Under the pieces are notes generated by a model. That model was not told the DNA's origin. It made no database searches and saw only the letters and a list, made by a program, of their open reading frames with translations. Positions 1-6,296 of a stretch of DNA of 9,287 nucleotides are shown here, one piece after another. Each line of letters begins with the position of its first letter. The first letter of the stretch is position 1. The stretch covers positions 1 through 9,287 of the forward strand of contig BBVC01000114.1 in NCBI GenBank assembly GCA_001192655.1. Direction: 5' to 3'. Source of the stretch: Caedimonas varicaedens (lineage in GTDB: Bacteria; Pseudomonadota; Alphaproteobacteria; Caedimonadales; Caedimonadaceae). Made by a program: the position numbers and the translations under genes.

Positions 1-205
1 TTTTAGCTATATTATTGTTGTTAACTTATATTTTTAAGAAAGATTATAGAGATAGATTGATTAATAGAATTTAAAATTATGTTAAATTTCTTTATAATCG
101 ATTCATAAATATGAAGACAACATATATTCAAGAAGTTTCAGGATTAAAACAAGTGGACAAAGCATCATTTCCACATTTCCACACAGAATTCATGAGGCAT
201 AGAGT

Positions 206-1033
206 ATGGCAATAGAGGTTACTTTTTGGGGAGTGAGGGGCTCCACGGCGTGCTCTTCCCTTCAGCATGTCAAGTATGGAGGGCATACCAGTTGCGTCAG
301 CGTACAATGTGATGACGCTCTTATTATTTTTGATGCTGGAACAGGTTTATATGATTTGGGCGTCTGGATTGAAAAGCAAAAAATCAGGAAAGCTGACCTT
401 CTGCTGACTCATTTTCATTTCGATCATATTATTGGGTTTCCTTTCTTTTCTTCCATTTGGGACCAGGATTTTGCATTGACTGTTCATTATGCTTGCAAAA
501 CAAGTCATCCTGGACAGTTGGGAGACTTTTTGAGGCATCATCTTTTTTCTCCACCCTTTTTTCCTGTCTCCTTTGATATTACGGAAGCACGCATCAAGCT
601 GAAGGATTACTTGGTGGGAACTTCTTTTTCCTTGAACCCGCATATCCGTGTCACCTCTGCCGCCTTAAATCATCCCGGAGAAGCTACAGGCTATCGTCTT
701 GAGTATCAGGAAAAGGTTATCAGCTATGTCACAGATACTGAGCATGTACCAGGACATACGGACTCTCAGGTCTTGGCGCTCATGCAGCAAGCGGATTTAG
801 TGATCTATGACACAACCTATACGGAAAAGGAATTCGCTCATAAAACGGGGTGGGGACATTCTACATGGCAGGAAGGCGTCAGACTTGCACGGTTGGCGGA
901 CGCCAAAAAGCTTGCTCTTTTCCATCATGATCCCGGGCATACCGATGCTGTCCTTGAGATGATCGAGCGCGAAGCCCGGGCTGAATGGGCAGACTGTTTT
1001 GCTGCCCGACAGGGGATGTCTATACGTCTGTAA
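206..1033 (+). CDS. MBL-fold (metallo-beta-lactamase superfamily) metal-dependent hydrolase
   Basis: 275-aa ORF. It has the canonical HxHxDH zinc motif (HFHFDH, aa 69-74), followed by ligand-type motifs NHPGEATGYR, DTTY, GWGHST and LFHHDP. The N-terminal pattern FWGVRGS...GGHTSC...DAGTG is typical of PhnP/Lactamase_B_2-like proteins. The substrate cannot be inferred. Confidence 0.85.
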   Translation: MAIEVTFWGVRGSTACSSLQHVKYGGHTSCVSVQCDDALIIFDAGTGLYDLGVWIEKQKIRKADLLLTHFHFDHIIGFPFFSSIWDQDFALTVHYACKTSHPGQLGDFLRHHLFSPPFFPVSFDITEARIKLKDYLVGTSFSLNPHIRVTSAALNHPGEATGYRLEYQEKVISYVTDTEHVPGHTDSQVLALMQQADLVIYDTTYTEKEFAHKTGWGHSTWQEGVRLARLADAKKLALFHHDPGHTDAVLEMIEREARAEWADCFAARQGMSIRL

Positions 1034-1115
1034 AAAACTGGGCTGGGGCAAAAGAGATGCACGCCATTTCTCCTTGCTTCTTCTGGAAAAATAAGATACC
1101 TTCCTTAAAATTATC

Positions 1116-1150
1116 ACGTCAGTTAGCGAGTTTCGCCCACTGACGTTTTT
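1116..1150 (+). terminator. Putative rho-independent terminator downstream of the MBL hydrolase gene
   Basis: Perfect 8-bp stem: acgtcagt (1116-1123) pairs with actgacgt (1139-1146). The loop is 15 nt and the stem is followed by a T run (1146-1150). The loop is long for a canonical terminator, hence moderate confidence. Confidence 0.5.
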
Positions 1151-1172
1151 GACGTTGTGAAAAAGGAACAGC

Positions 1173-2522
1173 ATGTTTTCAAGTTTAGGCAATCGATTAG
1201 GGGATATTTTTGACCGCTTGCGTAAGCGCGGTGCCCTGACAGAAGCCGATGTCGAGACAGCTCTTCGTGAAGTGCGGGTAGCTTTGCTTGAAGCGGACGT
1301 TGCCTTGCCTGTGGTGAAAGACTTCATTACTCATGTGAAGGAAAGAGCCATTGGACAGGAAGTATTAAAGAGTATTACGCCTGGCCAGATGGTTGTGAAG
1401 ATTGTTTATGATCAGATGGTTGCGACCTTGGGGGGGGAAGGAGCTGAGATTAACCTTTTGGCAACACCCCCTGTCACGATGATGATTGTGGGACTTCAGG
1501 GTTCCGGAAAAACAACCTCTACAGCCAAGATTGCTCGTCTTCTTTCTACAAAAAAGCGTAAAAAAGTTTTAATGGCGTCAGTCGACGTCTATCGTCCTGC
1601 CGCACGGGAACAGTTAAAAATCCTGGGGCAAGAAGCTCATGTAGATACCTTACCTATCATTGATCATGAAAAGCCTCTGGAAATCGTCAAGCGCGGGTAT
1701 GAGAAAGCCCGTCTGGAAGGTTATGACGTTTTCATGGTTGATACTGCGGGTCGACTGCACATCGATGATGCGTTGATGGAAGAGCTGGTTCAGTTGCGGA
1801 ATGTTCTGAAACCGACGGAAACCTTGTTCGTGGCTGATGCGATGACGGGACAAGATGCGGCAAATGTCGCAAAAACTTTTCATGAGCGTGTCGGGTTGAC
1901 CGGTGTTGTGTTAACCCGTGTAGATGGTGATGCGCGAGGAGGAGCTGCCTTATCTGTCCGCCATATCACCGGATGTCCTGTCAAGCTTATGGGTATGGGA
2001 GAACGCATTGAGCAAATAGAGGAATTCCATCCCGACCGTATCGCAAGCCGTATCCTCGATATGGGAGATGTGCTAACTCTGGTTGAAAAAGCGGCTGAAA
2101 CCATTGATCGTGAAGAAGCTGAAAAGCTCGCACAAAAAATGGGCAAGGGTCAATTCGATATGAACGATCTGGCCAATCAACTTCGGCAAGTCACTAAAAT
2201 GGGTGGATTGGGCGGATTAATGGGAATGCTGCCGGGCATTAATAAATATAAAAATCAAATTCAGCAAGCGGGTATAGATGAGAAAATGATTTCTCGTCAG
2301 CTTGCTGTTATCAATTCCATGACGCAGGTAGAACGCAAGAACCCCAAGGTTCTGAATGGTTCTCGGCGCAAGAGAATAGCAACGGGATCAGGAACGACTG
2401 TGACCGATGTCAACCGTCTCCTCAAACAGTTTCAGGATATGCAGGATATGATGAAGCGCATGAATAAGCTGGGGGAGAAAGGATTAAAACGCCAGGGGCT
2501 GCGTGGCCTTTTGGGAAGATAA
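1173..2522 (+). CDS. ffh: Signal recognition particle protein Ffh (SRP54 GTPase)
   Basis: 449-aa ORF starting MFSSLGNRL. SRP GTPase motifs are present: GLQGSGKTT (P-loop), DTAGR and TRVDGDARGGAALS. The C-terminal M domain is Met-rich (MGGLGGLMGMLPG). A purine-rich RBS (aaggaa) lies upstream of the ATG. Confidence 0.97.
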   Translation: MFSSLGNRLGDIFDRLRKRGALTEADVETALREVRVALLEADVALPVVKDFITHVKERAIGQEVLKSITPGQMVVKIVYDQMVATLGGEGAEINLLATPPVTMMIVGLQGSGKTTSTAKIARLLSTKKRKKVLMASVDVYRPAAREQLKILGQEAHVDTLPIIDHEKPLEIVKRGYEKARLEGYDVFMVDTAGRLHIDDALMEELVQLRNVLKPTETLFVADAMTGQDAANVAKTFHERVGLTGVVLTRVDGDARGGAALSVRHITGCPVKLMGMGERIEQIEEFHPDRIASRILDMGDVLTLVEKAAETIDREEAEKLAQKMGKGQFDMNDLANQLRQVTKMGGLGGLMGMLPGINKYKNQIQQAGIDEKMISRQLAVINSMTQVERKNPKVLNGSRRKRIATGSGTTVTDVNRLLKQFQDMQDMMKRMNKLGEKGLKRQGLRGLLGR

Positions 2523-2556
2523 TAAATTGTTTAAATTTTTAGCTCAGGAGTAAAAA

Positions 2557-3138
2557 ATGTCTTTAAAAATCAGATTGGCCCGTGGTGGTGCAAAAAAGCG
2601 TCCCTTTTATCGCGTTGTTGTTGCTAATGTGCGTAGTCCGAGAGATGGACGCTATATTGAAAAAGTAGGGACGTACAATCCCATGCTAGCGTCGGACCAT
2701 CCTGATCGTCTTCGCCTGAATGAAGAACGCATCCAATACTGGCTGGGAGTCGGGGCTGAACCCACGGATCGTTTAGCACGTTTTTTTGGCGATCGAAAAT
2801 TAATCCCTATGCCTACAGCTGCAAATAACCCGCAAAAAGCTCAACCCAAGAAAAAAGCTCAGGAACGACTGAAAGAACAAACTGCCGCGGTTGAAGCAGA
2901 GAAAAAGGCTGCTGAAGAAGTCAAACAGGCGGCTGAAGAAGCAAAACGGGCTGCTGCTGAAGAGGCTAAAAAAGCTTCTGAAATAGTTGAAGCAGAAGCG
3001 CCAGCGGAAGAGAAAACAGAAACTCCTGTGGAAGAAGTATCTTCTTCTGAAGAAGCAGCATCTCCTGTAGAAGAACTCGCGACATCAGCCGAAGAAACAA
3101 CACCTGTTGCAGAAGAAGAGAAGAAGCCTGCGGAATAA
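2557..3138 (+). CDS. rpsP: 30S ribosomal protein S16 with a long low-complexity C-terminal extension
   Basis: The N-terminus [42 protein letters not shown] is the classic S16 core. An aggag RBS sits at 2546-2550. The ORF is 193 aa, whereas E. coli S16 is 82 aa. The extra roughly 110 aa are rich in Ala, Glu, Lys and Pro. Confidence 0.95.
   Translation: MSLKIRLARGGAKKRPFYRVVVANVRSPRDGRYIEKVGTYNPMLASDHPDRLRLNEERIQYWLGVGAEPTDRLARFFGDRKLIPMPTAANNPQKAQPKKKAQERLKEQTAAVEAEKKAAEEVKQAAEEAKRAAAEEAKKASEIVEAEAPAEEKTETPVEEVSSSEEAASPVEELATSAEETTPVAEEEKKPAE
2884..2973 (+). repeat. In-frame tandem repeat (four units of 21-24 nt) inside the rpsP tail
   Basis: Consecutive units encode AAVEAEKK / AAEEVKQ / AAEEAKR / AAAEEAKK. 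The nucleotide units gctgctgaagaagtcaaacag, gcggctgaagaagcaaaacgg and gctgctgctgaagaggctaaaaaa are clearly related. Confidence 0.75.
3025..3135 (+). repeat. In-frame 39-nt (13-aa) tandem repeat, about 3 units, at the 3' end of rpsP
   Basis: The Pro codon cct recurs at 3025, 3064 and 3103, an exact 39-nt period. The units encode [13 protein letters not shown] / [13 protein letters not shown] / [11 protein letters not shown]. Confidence 0.7.
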
Positions 3139-3151
3139 CTTTCAACTGTGG

Positions 3152-3213
3152 GCTCGGTGAGTTAATGTACGCTGTGTGAAACTCACCGCTTGTCCGCCTT
3201 CTTAAAGTTTGAG
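3152..3213 (+). repeat. Copy 1 of a dispersed intergenic repeat; contains a 9-bp stem hairpin
   Basis: An ungapped alignment with 6022-6083 gives 41/62 identities. The core 3167-3199 matches at 26/33 and includes the blocks gtacgctg, actcac and cttgtccgcct at identical spacing. Hairpin: cggtgagtt (3155-3163) pairs with aactcaccg (3180-3188), loop 16 nt, no T run. It starts 14 nt after the rpsP stop codon. Confidence 0.65.
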
Positions 3214-3225
3214 ACCAGAACAGCA

Positions 3226-3254
3226 TTGACATAAGGGCAGGGGTCGGTTAGATC
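3226..3254 (+). promoter_or_regulatory. Candidate sigma70-type promoter for tRNA-Ser
   Basis: A perfect -35 hexamer ttgaca lies at 3226-3231. After a 16-17 nt spacer comes a weak -10 candidate (ttagat or tagatc, 3248-3254). This would place the transcription start a few nt before the tRNA 5' end at 3267. The -10 is poor, so this call is tentative. Confidence 0.35.
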
Positions 3255-3266
3255 AGAAAAGATTCA

Positions 3267-3357
3267 GGAGGGGTGGCCGAGCGGTTGAAGGCGCACGATT
3301 GGAAATCGTGTATACGTTAATAGCGTATCGTGGGTTCGAATCCCATCCCCTCCGCCA
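3267..3357 (+). tRNA. tRNA-Ser, anticodon GGA, class II with long variable arm, CCA encoded
   Basis: I folded the cloverleaf by hand. Acceptor stem: GGAGGGG pairs with CCCCTCC. D stem is 3 bp (gcc/ggc). Anticodon stem cacga/tcgtg carries the loop ttGGAaa. The variable arm has stem atacg/cgtat. T arm: gtggg-ttcgaat-cccat. The discriminator is G, followed by CCA at 3355-3357. Confidence 0.95.
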
Positions 3358-4002
3358 CTGTTGACTTGCTTGTGGTAGAGAAAATCATCCTCAACATTTG
3401 GAAGTACCTGTATAAGTTTGAATCGTTCTATGAATGAAGAATCGTCGGATAGGGTGATAATACCCAAACCTGCTTCCGCAGATTGGCACAGGCAATCCAA
3501 AGAGTTGAGACGCATGAAAGATTTCCTGGACTGTGCTGTTGGCATCCCTATAGTTAATAACTAATCTTTATTTAGCTTGTTTGTTATGGGCATAGATCGC
3601 GTATCGAATAAGATGATTTTATGACTTTCTAAATCCTCTGCTCTTTGGGGTAATCCCATTTTATCCAGATATCTTTGACTTGCGAATAATTGTAATTTTC
3701 TTTCATGAAGGAAAATTTGTTCTAATTCCGTAGCATCCGGATCAAAGGTAGTAATAGCAACATCTGCTTCCCTTTTTGTTAAATCAGGGTTCATAATCAT
3801 CACAGGAAAGCGTAATATTATGAATCTGGGGGTAAAGCTCGATGAAGCCCTTTATATGCTGGAAAAGAACAGCTGACGCGTAAGCATGCGTTGTTGTGAT
3901 CACCAATTCTCCTGAGATCTTTTCTGCAATGCCCGACATTTGATTTTGTGCCAGCTCAATTTCAGCTATAATAAAAAACCTTGAGACGATCCCATTCCAA
4001 AT
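3358..4002 (-). pseudogene. Decayed LysR-family transcriptional regulator (effector-binding domain remnant), paralogue of the gene at 8711..9287
   Basis: The minus-strand translation reads IELAQNQMSGIAEKISGELVITTTHAYASAVLFQHIKGFIELYPQIHNITLSCDD, then DLTKREADVAI...ELEQIFLHERKLQLFAS...AEAGLGIITLSDDSSFIE...VLPNVED. This is collinear with the right-hand LysR copy. Four lesions are visible. (1) The HTH region is missing, with taa and tga stops at 4003-4008. (2) There is a 1-nt insertion frameshift near 3789-3798 relative to the paralogue. (3) An in-frame TAG at 3561-3563 sits where the paralogue has Trp (TGG). (4) The last roughly 23 codons are missing, and the remnant runs straight into the tRNA 3' end. 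Confidence 0.75.
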
Positions 4003-4301
4003 TCATTAATAAAATTCCTTTATATTATGATGAATATGCAAATCATCTCAGAGACCTATCAGATTTTTATACTATTAGTCAAGTTTTTGGTAGATAATAA
4101 AATGATATCCATCATACTTCTAGGGCAATACAATCATTCTGATCCTTATTTTTGTTAAGAGGCATTGTGTGTTTATCGTGCAACAGTTAAAACATAAAAT
4201 ATTTTTTAATTAAATTCTTTTTAATTTGGTATTTTTTTATCCTAAACTTTCTCAAAAATAAGGGGTGCTTAATCTCAGTTAAAAGCAACAGGGAATTCAT
4301 C

Positions 4302-5729
4302 ATGTTAAAAAAAATATGGCTGGGAACAACACTTTGCGTGGCTGTGGGGGGTGTTGATGGAATAGCAGAAACAGCTCATCACTCTTCTCATCATAGCGAA
4401 ATCCAAATGTTGAAACAACAAATTACTGCCTTGAATGACAAGGTCAATGCCTTACAAAAGAAAGAGGCGGAGATCGAATATAAGGAAAAGGTCACCAAAA
4501 CAGATCAAACACCGATTAAAATGGTTCAAAGCGGAAACGATAAGGCAAAATTGACGATCTCAGGATGGGTCAGCCGTGGTATGGCCTATTACGATAACGG
4601 GCGGAATGCAGAGTGGAAGCATGTGGATGTGAATGAATCTGCTTCTCGTATTAATCTTGGCGCACAGGCCAAGGTTACCCCATCGCTTGATGTCGGTTCG
4701 ACCATTGAGATGGCATTAAAGTCCAACTCAAGCGACTCTATTGACGTGGGACAGAACAGTGATCAGGCTTCAAGCGTGACGTTTACCAAACGAATTATTG
4801 AAGTCTACTTTAATCATGCAAAGTTTGGAAAACTTTCTCTTGGGCAAGGAAAAACAGCGACAGATCAAGTGACAGATCTTGATTTGACCGGAACAAATGT
4901 TCTGAGCGAGGGAGGTGACTTGGGAAGTTTTGCAGGGGGCGTAAGGTTTATTCGCGGGACGGTATCTCCTACGGCATTGGCGCCTGTTCCTGGAGCGACT
5001 CAAGGTGGATCAAACAGCGCTGATCGTGATCGGGCTGTGGGGACAGTATGGTCTGATATTCTTGGTCCGCGCCGGGTGGATCGCGTGCGTTATGATACCC
5101 CTGATTTTTATGGGCTTACCTTTTCTGCAAGTCACGCAACGCGTGATATGACCGAGTATGCAGCACGCTATGCAGGAGAATGGTGGAAAACCAAGGTTGT
5201 CGGAGCTTTGGGGTATGCCAATGTACCTTTTAGTACCTATCCAGGTAATTCCGGGACTCAAACCGTTCGCAAGGGAAATCATCAATATGGTGGGTCTGTC
5301 TTTCTCTTATTCCCTATTGGGATCAGTATTGGGGGATCGGCGGCGGCAAAAGTTTATAATGATCCTCATCGAAAAACAGGAACGGCCTGGACTGCAAAAG
5401 CGGGCTATCAGCATAAATTCTTCTCATGGGGAGATACCTGTTTTGCAGTAACCTATGCTGAAGGTCGAGCTTTGTTTGACAGCACGACCACAACGAATCC
5501 TTCAAATTTTACATCAACGACTTTTACAGAGGATAATAGCGAGAAAATCAAAATCTATGGTGCCTATCTTGTTCAAAATATTGACCAGGCAGCGACAGAG
5601 GTTTTTGCGGGTGTACAAAATCACGAATTACGACGCAAACCTTTTGGGCAAATAGCCCAAATCCAAGCCGATGGATATGGATTCAAGCGTATCCTGGCCG
5701 CCATATTTGGAGCGCGGGTAAAATTCTAA
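4302..5729 (+). CDS. Putative outer-membrane beta-barrel porin with N-terminal signal peptide, His-rich motif and coiled-coil segment
   Basis: 475-aa ORF with RBS aggga upstream. A signal-peptide-like N-terminus is present (MLKK plus a hydrophobic stretch, possible cleavage near GIA/ET). HHSSHH lies at aa 26-31. A heptad-repeat segment spans about aa 33-63 (EIQMLKQQITALNDKVNALQKKEAEIEY). The rest has alternating, Gly/Ser/Thr/Tyr-rich composition typical of beta-barrel porins (LTISGWV, SRINLGAQAKV, FGKLSLGQG). The C-terminal beta-signal ends in Phe (GARVKF). Confidence 0.75.
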   Translation: MLKKIWLGTTLCVAVGGVDGIAETAHHSSHHSEIQMLKQQITALNDKVNALQKKEAEIEYKEKVTKTDQTPIKMVQSGNDKAKLTISGWVSRGMAYYDNGRNAEWKHVDVNESASRINLGAQAKVTPSLDVGSTIEMALKSNSSDSIDVGQNSDQASSVTFTKRIIEVYFNHAKFGKLSLGQGKTATDQVTDLDLTGTNVLSEGGDLGSFAGGVRFIRGTVSPTALAPVPGATQGGSNSADRDRAVGTVWSDILGPRRVDRVRYDTPDFYGLTFSASHATRDMTEYAARYAGEWWKTKVVGALGYANVPFSTYPGNSGTQTVRKGNHQYGGSVFLLFPIGISIGGSAAAKVYNDPHRKTGTAWTAKAGYQHKFFSWGDTCFAVTYAEGRALFDSTTTTNPSNFTSTTFTEDNSEKIKIYGAYLVQNIDQAATEVFAGVQNHELRRKPFGQIAQIQADGYGFKRILAAIFGARVKF

Positions 5730-5738
5730 AAGGAAAAC

Positions 5739-5954
5739 ATGAAACACTTTTTTGTCTTTCTGTCCGTGATATTATCTCCTCTGACATTAACAGGTTGTGG
5801 GCATTATAAGCCTATAGACTTTCCCAAACAGGGGGGAGACCAGGAAAGCCCGGGACTCTTTAGTGGAAAAAAAGGAAAATTTGAGATTGGAATGCCTGTT
5901 CCCTGGGCATCATCGGCGAAAGAAGATCTTCAGTCTGAGCCGACAGATCATTGA
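5739..5954 (+). CDS. Small lipoprotein (71-aa precursor)
   Basis: A type II signal peptide with lipobox LTGC (Cys20) is present: MKHFFVFLSVILSPLTLTG|C. The RBS aaggaaaac precedes the ATG. The gene starts 9 nt after the porin stop codon, so it is probably co-transcribed. The mature part is Gly/Pro/Lys-rich and probably disordered. Confidence 0.7.
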   Translation: MKHFFVFLSVILSPLTLTGCGHYKPIDFPKQGGDQESPGLFSGKKGKFEIGMPVPWASSAKEDLQSEPTDH

Positions 5955-6021
5955 TATACTCTTCGCCTTTCAAAATCTGGAGTCGTTAGACTTCGAGATT
6001 TCTCTTCGGAAATCCCGTCCT

Positions 6022-6083
6022 GCTCACGTACTTTACGTACGCTGCACGGGACTCACTACTTGTCCGCCTACCCAGCTTTTGAA
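6022..6083 (+). repeat. Copy 2 of the dispersed intergenic repeat
   Basis: See copy 1 at 3152-3213; the offset is exactly 2870 nt with no gaps. It lies 68 nt after the lipoprotein stop codon, embedded in a run of hairpins (5979-5994, 5997-6014, 6013-6051). Confidence 0.65.
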
Positions 6084-6296
6084 ATCCTTTGGGTATGATT
6101 TAAGCTTTATTGAATTGATTGTCAGAAAAATCTTGTAAAAAAAATAATCTTGTATAGAATAGTCACATGATGACTTCATGTGTCCAATATTTCAATCTCG
6201 ATATTCTGCGACTTAGCGGCTGCAGCTGCTAATATATTTTTCCCTGTCTTTTTATTTTCATTATATTATTCTCACAATTTTTAAATTGAGGTTGAC

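Noticed and set aside
797-1327. 176-aa minus-strand ORF spanning the MBL 3' end, the intergenic terminator and the ffh 5' end. Other antisense or out-of-frame track ORFs fall in the same class: 347-643, 1650-1883, 1880-2146, 2966-3232, 4770-5003, 5010-5285, 5158-5451, 5323-5505, 5455-5655 and 7823-8089.
   Set aside because: All are embedded in, or antisense to, strongly supported genes. Their compositions are Arg/Ser/Pro/Leu-rich or low complexity, as expected of shadow frames, and they have no recognisable motifs or ribosome-binding sites.
3152-3213. Minus-strand translation of both repeat copies contains GGQ (GGQAVS / GGQVVS), which recalls the release-factor / ArfB GGQ motif
   Set aside because: The context does not match the GGQ-H/N-VN signature. 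Stop codons flank the segment in both copies. Differences between the copies hit all codon positions equally. I treat it as a chance tripeptide in a non-coding repeat.
3264-3545. 93-aa minus-strand ORF (MPTAQSRKSF...GIRTHDTLL...)
   Set aside because: It is not a gene in its own right. Its first roughly 62 codons are the C-terminal remnant of the LysR pseudogene. The remainder is the antisense reading of tRNA-Ser (3267-3357).
3267-4300. Possible tRNA-linked genomic island starting at tRNA-Ser
   Set aside because: No integrase, transposase or phage gene is visible. I could find no direct repeat of the tRNA 3' end anywhere in the window. The downstream block includes the housekeeping gene rluC. 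Only a rearrangement scar is supported, which I report as a finding, not a definable island.
4003-4301. Several -10-like and -35-like hexamers upstream of the porin gene, for example ttagtc-17 nt-taaaat at 4075-4103 and taaaat at 4195-4200
   Set aside because: The region is very AT-rich, so such hexamers occur by chance. No candidate stands out, and I cannot support a promoter call without transcription-start data.
5863-6138. 91-aa plus-strand ORF overlapping the lipoprotein gene and the downstream hairpin/repeat region
   Set aside because: It overlaps the better-supported lipoprotein CDS out of frame and has no RBS. The remainder is explained by the structured intergenic repeat. The apparent peptide similarity between the two repeat copies (VRC..LT.CPP) does not show a codon-position substitution pattern.
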